A stretch of 62,758 nucleotides of DNA, filler included, from Deltaproteobacteria bacterium (lineage in GTDB: Bacteria > JAUYMQ01): NCBI GenBank assembly GCA_030698575.1. It is 10 parts of 10 records of this genome, joined end to end, with 100 filler letters (N's around TTAATTAATTAA, not from the genome) between each part and the next. Parts side by side here need not be neighbours in the genome. Positions count along the whole stretch, not along the records: positions 23,248 to 32,969 come from JAUYMQ010000295.1; positions 33,070 to 36,665 come from JAUYMQ010000299.1; positions 36,766 to 44,487 come from JAUYMQ010000303.1; 7 more parts are not named here. One strand, 5' to 3'. Made by a program: the position numbers and the translations under genes. Positions 32,028 to 40,923 of this stretch are shown here, in pieces (position 1 is the stretch's first letter; every line of letters starts with the position of its first letter). Under the pieces are notes generated by a model. That model was given only the letters and a program-made list of their open reading frames with translations. It was not told where the DNA came from and made no database searches.

Positions 32028-32919
32028 GGCGGGGAAGGAACTCCTTCGCTTTGTTGACGGGCACCGCGAAACCGATTCCCTGCGCCTCGGCGGCCACCGC
32101 GGTGTTGATGCCGACGACTTCCCCGTGAAGATTCAGGAGCGGACCGCCCGAGTTCCCCGGGTTGATAGGCGCGTCTATCTGGATGAACTTGAGCTGCTCC
32201 GAATCGCTGTCGCGATCAGAAAGCTGCCGCCCGATGAAGCTCACGATGCCCGACGTGACCGTATGTGAAAGGCCGTAGGGATTTCCCACGGCGAGCACCT
32301 GATCGCCGATTTCGAGCGCGTCGGAGTTTCCCAGGGGCAGCACGGGGAGGGGGTGCTTCGGCTGGATCTTCAGGATCGCGACGCCCGCCTCCTCGCTTCT
32401 TCCCAGCACCTCCGCCTCGTACTCGTCACCCTTCTTCTCCCCCTCCTTCATCAGCACGATTTTGGTCTTGCGGCTCCCCTCGACCACGTGATCCGCCGTC
32501 AGGATGTAGCCGTCGGAGCGGATGATGAAGCCCGATCCGAGAGAGGTGCCAAAACGGGGAAGGGGCACGCCGAACTGGATGATCCCGAGCGGATCGCTGA
32601 TTGTGCGCCCGATGGTGGCCTGGCTGCTGAAGATGCTTACTACCGCGGGGTTCGACTTTCGGACCAGATCCCGGAAGGTATTGGTCCGGATGGGAAAATC
32701 TGAACGCCGGGAATTCGCCGGCAGCTCGGTCCAGAGCCGTTCAGGCGGCTGGACCGAGCTCGCCTCGCGCACGACGACCTGGTAGGCCGGCGCCGGGCCC
32801 GCAGCGGTGGAGGACGCGGCCTTCGGGGCCGGGAGCGGCGTTTCGGATCGACAGGCTTCCGTTGCCGGGAGTGCAATCAGCGTGAGTATGAGCAGCGCGC
32901 GCGCCGCATGGTCATTCAT
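32011..32919 (-). CDS. HtrA/DegP-like trypsin protease without PDZ domain, possible lipoprotein
   Basis: GSGFII, TADHVV, AVGNPYGL, DAPINPGNSGGPL, GIGFAVP; ends right after the protease domain. Confidence 0.88.
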   Translation of the reverse strand: MNDHAARALLILTLIALPATEACRSETPLPAPKAASSTAAGPAPAYQVVVREASSVQPPERLWTELPANSRRSDFPIRTNTFRDLVRKSNPAVVSIFSSQATIGRTISDPLGIIQFGVPLPRFGTSLGSGFIIRSDGYILTADHVVEGSRKTKIVLMKEGEKKGDEYEAEVLGRSEEAGVAILKIQPKHPLPVLPLGNSDALEIGDQVLAVGNPYGLSHTVTSGIVSFIGRQLSDRDSDSEQLKFIQIDAPINPGNSGGPLLNLHGEVVGINTAVAAEAQGIGFAVPVNKAKEFLPRLIEKQ

Positions 32920-32969
32920 ACGGCCACCTTATCAAACACCCCGGCGCTTGGCGAGACATCCGCGCGTTG

Positions 32970-33069
32970 NNNNNNNNNNNNNNNNNNNNNNNNNNNNNNN
33001 NNNNNNNNNNNNNTTAATTAATTAANNNNNNNNNNNNNNNNNNNNNNNNNNNNNNNNNNNNNNNNNNNN
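32970..33069. other. Artificial contig linker
   Basis: N run with TTAATTAATTAA. Confidence 0.99.
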
Positions 33070-33087
33070 CCGACGTAACGCCGGCCG

Positions 33088-34377
33088 TCACAGCGCCTCC
33101 ATGATGAGCGCCACCTCGGCGGGCGCGAGCCGCACGCGACCGGCCCCCGGCAGGATGGTCGGCGTGGCGCCGTCCACGCAAGGCCGGAACAGCCGGGCCC
33201 CCTGCGGCTGGGCCGCGCCCGCCAGCGTCACCTCGCGGGGGGCGCTGCCGTTGCGGTTGACGAGGATGAGCCCGCGGTGAGTGCCGCGCTCGTCGGACCA
33301 GCGCTCGATCACGGTCACGTCAGGCGCCCGGGTCGAGTGGAACCGGAGCACGCCCTCGCCGGCCAGGAGAGGATGGCGCCGCTTGAGGTCGTTGGCGCCC
33401 CGGATGAACGGGCGCAGATCGAAGAGCGGCGCTTCCCAGTCCTCCGGCCGTGTTTCCACCACGTGGAGCGGACGCCGGAACCCGAACTCGTAGCCCATGG
33501 TGATCTGCGCGCCCGCCGAGAAGGCGAGCGCGAAGGCGTAGCGCTGGCGCTGCACGGCCTCGCTCCCCCCGGTCTCCGCCGCCAGGCGCGCGGTGTCATG
33601 CGACTCCGGAAACGCGATGGACGGCGCCAGGCCGCGAAACTGCTCGTGCTGCTCCAGGCACCACGGCTCCACGAAGTCCCACCACTTGGAGCTGTTGTAG
33701 AGGTAGCCGAACCCGGCCTCCCCCAAGGCCTCGATCTCCTCGAGGCGGCAGCCGAGAGTCTCGGCCACGAACACGACCTCGGGGCGCCGCGCCTCCGCCG
33801 TGTCCACGAGGCACCGCCAGAGCGCCGCGGGCACCTTGTAGGCCGCGTCACAGCGGAAGCCGGTACAGCCCACCTCGAGGAGGCGCAGGACGAGGCCCTC
33901 CCAGTGCCGCCACAGCGCGTCGCGGTCGGGGGAGCCCGCGTTGTCCACCTCCGCCAGATCGCCCCAGACCGTAACCTTCTCGGTGTCGACCGGGTCGATG
34001 ACCGAGGGGCTCACCACCTGCCCGTTCGCGTCCCGCCGGAACCAGGCCGGGTGCTCGGCGATGAGCGGGCTGTCCTTGGCGGTGTGGTTCACCACCAGAT
34101 CCACCATCACGCCCATGCCGAGATCGCGGATGGCCCGGAACACGGGAGCCAGGCGGTCCAGGCTCGCGCCGGCCTCCCCCGGGGCCAGCGCCGGATTGAG
34201 CCGCTCGTAGTCCTTGATCGCGTAGAGGCTGCCCGAGAATCCCGGGGCGTGCATCGGGTTCACGTAGAGCCAGTTGAAGCCCATCTCGTGGGCCCGCTCC
34301 GCATGGGCCTGCCACAGCGGAAGCGGCCCCGCGAGGGTCGGGAAGAGGTTGTAGATGATCGGCGTCGTGTGACTCAT
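33088..34377 (-). CDS. GH13 alpha-amylase-family glycoside hydrolase
   Basis: DLVVNHT, GFRCDAAY, FVAETLG, ESHDT; start MSHTTP at 34377. Confidence 0.9.
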   Translation of the reverse strand: MSHTTPIIYNLFPTLAGPLPLWQAHAERAHEMGFNWLYVNPMHAPGFSGSLYAIKDYERLNPALAPGEAGASLDRLAPVFRAIRDLGMGVMVDLVVNHTAKDSPLIAEHPAWFRRDANGQVVSPSVIDPVDTEKVTVWGDLAEVDNAGSPDRDALWRHWEGLVLRLLEVGCTGFRCDAAYKVPAALWRCLVDTAEARRPEVVFVAETLGCRLEEIEALGEAGFGYLYNSSKWWDFVEPWCLEQHEQFRGLAPSIAFPESHDTARLAAETGGSEAVQRQRYAFALAFSAGAQITMGYEFGFRRPLHVVETRPEDWEAPLFDLRPFIRGANDLKRRHPLLAGEGVLRFHSTRAPDVTVIERWSDERGTHRGLILVNRNGSAPREVTLAGAAQPQGARLFRPCVDGATPTILPGAGRVRLAPAEVALIMEAL

Positions 34378-34636
34378 CCCGCGCCGGGAGATTCGCAAGG
34401 ACGATGCCAACGGTCGGCGGCGGGCGATCCCGGCGTCGGTCATGCCCGGCGCGGACTTGGAAGCCAGATGCGCCGCGGCCGGGATCGAGGCGCGCCCGAG
34501 GCCGCGACAGGTTGGCGCCGCGCCGCCATCATGACGCGCGCGAACGCCATCACGGATCGGCTCGGCGGGAGCGGCCCGGGCGCCGCCGTGAGCGCCGGCG
34601 GTGCCACGCCACCCGGAGCGCCCGGAGACGCCGGAG

Positions 34637-35086
34637 CTACGGTCGGGGCGCCCGCACGACCGCAGCGTGGCTCAGCTCCGCGCCGCTTCGAGCGCGCAGC
34701 GACCCGCTCTTCGTGGTACCGAGAACCTGGGTCCCGAAGACGCTCCGATGGCCGGCCATGACGAAGCTCACGATGCACACCAGGGCCGCCAGCGGTCCCA
34801 CTGCGGGCCCGAACAACACGATGGCCATCACCGAGGCGGCCAGTGGCGTGTTCGCCGCCCCCGCCACCAGCGACACCATGCCCAGCGCGGCGGCTGTCCC
34901 TCGGTCGAGCCCGAAGATGCATCCGGCGATCGGCGTCCCGAACACCGCGGCAAACCCGGCGCTGATCCCGCAGACCACGACTTCCCTGCGGTCCTCGGGG
35001 CGCAGTGCCAGGAGCGATGCGAGTCCCGAGGCCAGCGCGGCGCCGATCTGGGTCGCGGGGCCGTGCTTGCCCACCGATCCCCCCGC
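34637..35086 (-). pseudogene. Internally deleted ClC chloride channel fragment
   Basis: GGSVGKHGP, GISAGFAAVFGTPIAG joined directly to AALGMVSLVAGAANTPLAA...GHRSVF..Q; about one third of normal length. Confidence 0.7.
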
Positions 35087-35238
35087 TTCGCCAGTCCACG
35101 ATACCCACAGTATCCCCCGGCGGGGGCGCGGGCCCGCAAGGGTCTTGTGGGGCTCGCCTGGGCCGGCCTATCCTTGGGGGCGGCCGGCGCGAAGGCGCAG
35201 GGCCGAGCTTTCGCTGAGAGAGACCCGAGACAGCCACC

Positions 35239-36126
35239 GTGAGCCACGAGAAGCGATCGGGTGCCGCGCTCCTCCGGGCGCTGGGCGACCTCGTCCAGGC
35301 CACCCGGCGCTTCGTCGAGGACCAGGGGTTCGTCCTGGCCTCGGCGCTCGCCTACTCGTTCATGCTCTGCCTGGCGCCCCTGGCCCTGCTCTTCTCCTCC
35401 GGGATCGGGTTCCTCCTCGCCTCCGAAGCCATCGCCGGCGACGTGCTGGGAATTGCCACCGCCCTCCTACCGGCCTACAACCGGGAGGTGCTCGACGCCC
35501 TGGCCCTCCTCACCCGGGAGCGCAAGGTGACGGGCCTGGTGGGTGGCGCGATGCTGGCGGTCTTCGCCACCCAGCTCTTCTCCATCGCGCGCCGTGCCCT
35601 CAACGTCGCCTTCCGCGTCTCGAAGTACCGCGGCGTGATCCACGGCTTCGCCGTCGACCTGGTGGCGCTCCTGACCGTGGGGCTCCTGACGCTGGCCCTG
35701 GCGGCCGCGACCCTCATCCTCCTCACTCTCGCCACCGTGGGCCAGGACGGCGTCGCGGCGCCTCCGATGCTCCGCTGGGCGCGGCAGGCGGCACGCGCCC
35801 CGCTGTACGCCACCCTGCTCGCTGTTCTCTTCTTCGCGTATCGCACCTTCCCCAACACGGGTGTCTCCTCCCGCGCGGCCCTGACGGCCGCCCTCGCGGC
35901 CGGTGCCCTGTGGGAGGTCGCCCGCTGGGGCTTCGGCGCCTATCTGGCGCGGTTCGCCCCCTACGGGCACCTCTACGGCCCCTTCGGGGTCGTCGTGGCC
36001 TCGCTGGTCTGGATCTACGTCTCGGCCGCGATCTTCATCTGGGGTGGGGAGCTGACCGCCCTCCTGACCGAGCGGGCGCAGGGAGCGGAACGCGACGCGC
36101 CGCCCGGGCGCGGGGACAACGGCTGA
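35239..36126 (+). CDS. YihY/BrkB-family inner membrane protein
   Basis: ASALAYS..L.LAP, ALN.AF, YRTFPN, YG.FG......LVWIY......WG.EL. Confidence 0.88.
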   Translation: MSHEKRSGAALLRALGDLVQATRRFVEDQGFVLASALAYSFMLCLAPLALLFSSGIGFLLASEAIAGDVLGIATALLPAYNREVLDALALLTRERKVTGLVGGAMLAVFATQLFSIARRALNVAFRVSKYRGVIHGFAVDLVALLTVGLLTLALAAATLILLTLATVGQDGVAAPPMLRWARQAARAPLYATLLAVLFFAYRTFPNTGVSSRAALTAALAAGALWEVARWGFGAYLARFAPYGHLYGPFGVVVASLVWIYVSAAIFIWGGELTALLTERAQGAERDAPPGRGDNG

Positions 36127-36248
36127 TCCCGAGGTCTTCTCCGCACCCTCCCTGCCGCCGATCGCCCCCCAAGGATCAGGACGAGGAGGCTCACGCATCC
36201 GCACATTGCGCTTGCCGCCCTGGACGATCGGGTTCATGACGCGTGCCC

Positions 36249-36665
36249 TCATCCGCCGGACGGCTTGAACACCACCGTGGCGAGCGGCGGCAGGGTCAGG
36301 ACCAGGCGGTGCGGCTGCCCGTGGTGGGGAGCGGGCTCTGCGTGGACTCCACCCGAGTTTCCCACATTGCTCCCCCCGTAGACCTGGGCGTCAGTGTTCA
36401 GCAGCTCACGATAGAAGCCGGACGCGGGCACGCCGACGCCGTACCGGTGGCGCGGGATCGGTGTGAAGTTGCAGACGAAGAGGAGGAAATCTCGCGGATC
36501 CCTGGCCCGCCGGACGAACGAGACCACGCTCGCTTCCCAGTCGCTGCAGTCCATCCACTGAAAGCCCGCCGGCTCGCAGTCCACTTGATGCAGAGCCGCC
36601 TCGGACCGGTAGAGGCGGTTGAGATCCCGGACCAGGCGCCGGAGCGCCTCATGGTATGGGCCCAT
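36249..36665 (-). CDS. glgB: 1,4-alpha-glucan branching enzyme (3' end)
   Basis: DLNRLY, GFQWMD, CNFTP, ELLNTDA..YGGSN.GN, TLPPL. Confidence 0.92.
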   Translation of the reverse strand: MGPYHEALRRLVRDLNRLYRSEAALHQVDCEPAGFQWMDCSDWEASVVSFVRRARDPRDFLLFVCNFTPIPRHRYGVGVPASGFYRELLNTDAQVYGGSNVGNSGGVHAEPAPHHGQPHRLVLTLPPLATVVFKPSGG

Positions 36666-36765
36666 NNNNNNNNNNNNNNNNNNNNNNNNNNNNNNNNNNN
36701 NNNNNNNNNTTAATTAATTAANNNNNNNNNNNNNNNNNNNNNNNNNNNNNNNNNNNNNNNNNNNN
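36666..36765. other. Artificial contig linker
   Basis: N run with TTAATTAATTAA. Confidence 0.99.
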
Positions 36766-36897
36766 CGAGACACTGCCGGTTCTCGCGGTGACCGTGCCGG
36801 AAAGATCCCACATCGAGGCGGGGGCGGCGGCCATCGCCTGACCCGCGCCCAGCAATACGAACACGATGATCCAAAGACCGAGTTTTGCCTTTTGCAT
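36766..36897 (-). CDS. Secreted protein, N-terminus only
   Basis: MQKAKLGLWIIVFVLLGAGQAMA-AAP signal peptide after a GGGAGG SD; cut by contig end. Confidence 0.55.
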
Positions 36898-36937
36898 GAC
36901 TTGCCTCCCTGTCCGGCTGACTGAAGCCGTTAGAGGC

Positions 36938-38581
36938 TCAGTTCAGCCGGTCGAAGAGAACGCCCGGGTTCAGGATGCCCCGTGGATCTAGACGCTTCTT
37001 GGCGGCGCGCAACGCATCGGCCACCAGCGGGGGGCATTCGTTCAGATACCAGGGCTGGTGGTCGCGCCCGACAGCGTGATGGTGCGTCGTCGCCCCGCCC
37101 AGGCGGTCGATGGCTTCCGACGCCGCCTCCTTGATCGCGTCCCACTGCGCAAGGCGCGCGCCGGGCCGCCCCGGGGCGATGACCGTGTAGTAGGGAGCGG
37201 GCCCATCCGGATAAACGTGCGTGAAGCGGCAGGTGAGCATGCCGCCGCCGCACACGCGGTCGAGAGCGTCAGTCACCGCCTCCTTCACGCCTGCGTGGAA
37301 TTTCTCGAAGCCCGACCAGGTGCAGGCGGTCTCGAAGGTGTCCGGAATGAACCCGGCGCGCACCAGATGGTCCCGAATGTAGGGGGCGTCGAGGAACATC
37401 CGGCGCCACTGGCCTGCTTCTTCGGGCCGCCCCGCCCCCCCGCTGCCCGCCCTGTCGCTCTCCCCCTCACTTACCCGCGTGTCGCCGGCGACGCTGCCGC
37501 CCCGGCCCAGGGCGATCTCGAGGGCCCGGTCGAGCCAGGGGCCGAGCGGGTGATCCGCCGACTCGAAGGCGACGAGCAGCACCGCGCTCCCGTCACTGCG
37601 CACGCTGTTCAGCATCGCCTCGCCCGGGTCGAGGAGCCGGCAGTTCGACGGATGGAGATCGGATTGGGCGAGATCGCGCGCCGCCTCCACCGCCTGCCGG
37701 AAATCCTGGAAGGCCACGGTGGCGCTGGCGCGAAAGACGGGCCGGCGCAGGACGCGCATGGAGGCCTCGGTGATGACGCCGAGGCTTCCCTCGCTGCCGA
37801 ACAGCAGCCGCTTGGGCTCCGGCCCCGCCCCGCTCGACGGAAGGCTGCGGGTCTCAATGATGCCCGCGGGCGTGACGGCGCGGATGCTGTGGGTGAAATC
37901 GTCGATGTGCGTGAACACGGTCGCGAAGTGCCCGCCGGAACGAGTGGCGATCCACCCGCCCAGCGACGAGAACTCGAAGGACTGCGGGAAGTGCCGGAGA
38001 GTGAGCCCCTCGCCCCGGAGCTGCGCCTCGAGCCCGGGGCCGAGCGCGCCTGCCTGGAAGCGCGCGAGGCGGCTCTCGCGATCGAGATCGAGAAGTTTGC
38101 CGAGGCGGGAGAGGTCGAGGCTCACGACACCGGGATAGCGCTCGCGGAGGCCGCGGGGCTCGACACCGCCGACCACGCTGCTCCCGCCTCCGTAAGGAAC
38201 GACCGCGTAGCCGTGGCGGTCGCAGGTGTCGAGCACCTGTACGACCTCTTCCTCGCTCGCGGGGTAACAGACCAGATCGGGCGCCGCGGCGAAGTCGCGG
38301 TCGAATGCGCGCAGCAGATCACGCAGGCCCTTTCCGTAGGTGTGGCCCGCGCGCTCGAGGGGATCGTCGGTGGCGCCGCAGCGCCCTAGCGAGTCGGCGC
38401 CCTCGCGAATGCGATTCGCCGGCAGGGCGATCTCGCCGATCTGCGGCGCGAGGATCGCTTCCGGCGCGGCGATGCCGAAGGTCTCGCAAGCGCGCTTGAT
38501 GAGCGGGCGCGTCACGGCTTCATCCGGCCCGCCGCCCTCCACGCCCCAGCCCCAGAACTTCCTGCGCCGCATGTCGCGCAT
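36938..38581 (-). CDS. FAD-binding oxidoreductase, alkyl-DHAP synthase-like
   Basis: PYGGGSSVVGG, HFPQSFEFSSLGGWIATRSGG, GSEG, THHHAVG, LDP.GILNPG. Confidence 0.85.
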   Translation of the reverse strand: MRDMRRRKFWGWGVEGGGPDEAVTRPLIKRACETFGIAAPEAILAPQIGEIALPANRIREGADSLGRCGATDDPLERAGHTYGKGLRDLLRAFDRDFAAAPDLVCYPASEEEVVQVLDTCDRHGYAVVPYGGGSSVVGGVEPRGLRERYPGVVSLDLSRLGKLLDLDRESRLARFQAGALGPGLEAQLRGEGLTLRHFPQSFEFSSLGGWIATRSGGHFATVFTHIDDFTHSIRAVTPAGIIETRSLPSSGAGPEPKRLLFGSEGSLGVITEASMRVLRRPVFRASATVAFQDFRQAVEAARDLAQSDLHPSNCRLLDPGEAMLNSVRSDGSAVLLVAFESADHPLGPWLDRALEIALGRGGSVAGDTRVSEGESDRAGSGGAGRPEEAGQWRRMFLDAPYIRDHLVRAGFIPDTFETACTWSGFEKFHAGVKEAVTDALDRVCGGGMLTCRFTHVYPDGPAPYYTVIAPGRPGARLAQWDAIKEAASEAIDRLGGATTHHHAVGRDHQPWYLNECPPLVADALRAAKKRLDPRGILNPGVLFDRLN

Positions 38582-38676
38582 GTTTCCCCCGCTTCCATTC
38601 TAGGCTCATCCACCCCTTAGCACATCCACTTGCGACGGTCACCGCCACGGATGTTGCGCGCAATGCCCCCCTCCCC

Positions 38677-38705
38677 TTGACGCACCCGGACCCTTGTCCC
38701 ATTCT
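38677..38705 (+). promoter_or_regulatory. Candidate sigma70 promoter for the second Tat partner-GMC operon
   Basis: TTGACG-17 nt-CATTCT. Confidence 0.35.
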
Positions 38706-38825
38706 GGTCCGGTCCAACCCGAGCGGAGGGCCACTGCCCGCATGATGGATCGCCGCCACCAATCTATCGAATCTACAGGCCCAAGCCGGCAACCCGTGAT
38801 CCCCCTCGAGCGCGCGCTGTCCGGC

Positions 38826-39344
38826 ATGAACCGGCGGGACTTCATCCGGCGTTCCGCCGCCGGCCTCGCTGGACTCACTCTGGCCCAGGCTCTTCTCCCC
38901 GCCTGCTCACCCGGGCGAGCCGCGCCCCCCGATCTCCGCGCCCTGGGCCCCGTCGAATTCGCGACCCTCTCGGCCGCGGCCGATCGCATCATGGACGGCA
39001 TGAACTATCCCGGCGGCGCCGACGCCGTCACGATTCTCTTCGACCAGGATCTCGCCCGCGTGCCACCCTGGATCAGGTCTCTCTTTATCGACGCGGTCCG
39101 GTTTCTCGAATTCTCGCCGCTGCTCTTTTCCTTCCCGCCGGGTCGGTTCAGCACGCGCTCCGCCGAAGCACGCGATCAAATTCTTCGGGACATGGCCGCG
39201 AGCGCGCTTCTCATCCGCCGCCAGGTGTACGCGGGCATCAAGCAGTCCATTCTCTTCACCGCCTACTCGCAGCCGGCAACCTGGGCCCCACTGGGATACG
39301 AGGGGCCGGGCGCCGTCTTCGAGCGGCGCGGGGGGAAGAAATGA
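38826..39344 (+). CDS. Tat-signal partner of a GMC oxidoreductase (paralog of 26013-26654)
   Basis: NRRDFIR, LPAC lipobox-like, RFS, YSQPATWAPLGYEGP. Confidence 0.78.
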   Translation: MNRRDFIRRSAAGLAGLTLAQALLPACSPGRAAPPDLRALGPVEFATLSAAADRIMDGMNYPGGADAVTILFDQDLARVPPWIRSLFIDAVRFLEFSPLLFSFPPGRFSTRSAEARDQILRDMAASALLIRRQVYAGIKQSILFTAYSQPATWAPLGYEGPGAVFERRGGKK

Positions 39345-40867
39345 TAAGGGTCGGCCGCGAGGTCACCAGCGCCACGAAGGATCGGGCCGATGTCTGCGTT
39401 ATCGGCAGCGGCTCCGGCGGCGCCGTGATGGCGGCGCTACTCGCCGAGTCGGGCAAGGACGTCGTGGTTCTCGAAGAGGGCGGCAATTTCACGGCGCGGG
39501 ATTTCACGGGCCGCGAAGGAGAGATGTACCCGCTGCTCTACCGCGACGGCGGCGGGCAGTTTTCCGCCGACGGCGGGGTGAACGTCCTGCAGGGACGCGC
39601 CGTGGGCGGAAGCACCCTCATCAACGCGGCCGATTGCACGCGCATTCCGCCCGAAGTGCTGGAGCACTGGGGCACCGTTTACGACGTGGAAGGCGTGAAC
39701 GAGAAGACGCTCCGCGATTCCTATTCACGCGTCGAGCGCGCGCTCGGCGTGACCGACATCCTGGAAGGGCAGATCAACCGGAACAACGCGCTCCTCCTCG
39801 AGGGCGCGACGAAGCTCTCGATGAAGGGGGGCACCTTCCGCACCAACCGGACGGGCTGCGCCGGCATCGGCACCTGCCTGATCGGCTGCCCGGTGAACGC
39901 CAAGAAGGGGGCGCATCTGAACTACATCCCCCGTGCGCTTGCCGCCGGCGCCCGTATCTACGCCGACGCGCGCGCCGATCGCATCGTCGTCAACAACGGG
40001 GCCGCCACCGGTGTGCGTGGTTCGATCCTGGACAGGGAGCGGGGGATCGCCACCTATCCCATCGAGATCGAGGCGGAGCACATCGTGGTTTCCGCCGGCG
40101 CGATCCACACGCCGCTCCTGCTCGCGCGGTCCGGTCTGGGCGGCGAGCAGGTGGGCCGCAACCTCACCCTGCAGCCGCAGATTCCCTTCATCGCACTGTT
40201 TCCCGAATCCGTCGTCGCCTGGAAGGGGATCCCCCAGTCCACCTATGTCGACGCATTTGATCACAACACCGCCAAGCACGGCCTGGGCGGGTACCGGATG
40301 GAGGGGATCAGCGGAGGCCCGGGCTTCGCGTCGTTCATCTTCCCGGGCATCGGAGCGGCGCACCGGCAGCTCTTCGAAAGGTTCGCGAACACCGCGACGG
40401 CGCTCATCCTCGTTCCCGACCGGCCCGGCGACGGATTCGTGAGCGCCCAGAAAGGCGGCGGCGCGAAGATTACCTACACCGTGCAGGATCTCTGGCGGAA
40501 GAATGCGCGGAAGGGAATTGCTGCGGCGGCGCGCTGCTACCTGGAGGCGGGCGCGGAGGCCGTTCTCTGGGCCGACGAGACTGCCGAGGTGATCCGGAGC
40601 CTGAAGAAGGCCGAAAAGGCCGCCGCGAATGCGCCGCTCGCCGTCTCGTCGGCGCGGCTGGTGAGCGCCCACTGCCAGGGCACCTGCCGGATGGGGGAAG
40701 ATGAGAAAACCTGCGTGGCCGACAGCCGCGGGCGAATGTACGGCGTGAAGGGAGTCACCATCTGCGACGCGAGCCTCTTTCCCAGCAGCGCCTCCACCCA
40801 CACGATGATCCCGACCATGGCCATGGCCGATCTCATCGCACACCACCTCATCGACTCAGGCGCCTGA
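39341..40867 (+). CDS. GMC family flavoprotein oxidoreductase
   Basis: GSGSGG, GRAVGGSTLIN, CAGIGTCLIGC, HCQGTCRMG, DASLFP. Confidence 0.9.
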   Translation: MIRVGREVTSATKDRADVCVIGSGSGGAVMAALLAESGKDVVVLEEGGNFTARDFTGREGEMYPLLYRDGGGQFSADGGVNVLQGRAVGGSTLINAADCTRIPPEVLEHWGTVYDVEGVNEKTLRDSYSRVERALGVTDILEGQINRNNALLLEGATKLSMKGGTFRTNRTGCAGIGTCLIGCPVNAKKGAHLNYIPRALAAGARIYADARADRIVVNNGAATGVRGSILDRERGIATYPIEIEAEHIVVSAGAIHTPLLLARSGLGGEQVGRNLTLQPQIPFIALFPESVVAWKGIPQSTYVDAFDHNTAKHGLGGYRMEGISGGPGFASFIFPGIGAAHRQLFERFANTATALILVPDRPGDGFVSAQKGGGAKITYTVQDLWRKNARKGIAAAARCYLEAGAEAVLWADETAEVIRSLKKAEKAAANAPLAVSSARLVSAHCQGTCRMGEDEKTCVADSRGRMYGVKGVTICDASLFPSSASTHTMIPTMAMADLIAHHLIDSGA

Positions 40868-40923
40868 GGGCAGATCCGTCCGCGAGGGCGGCACACCCTG
40901 CTCAATTCTGAACCGGGGATTGG

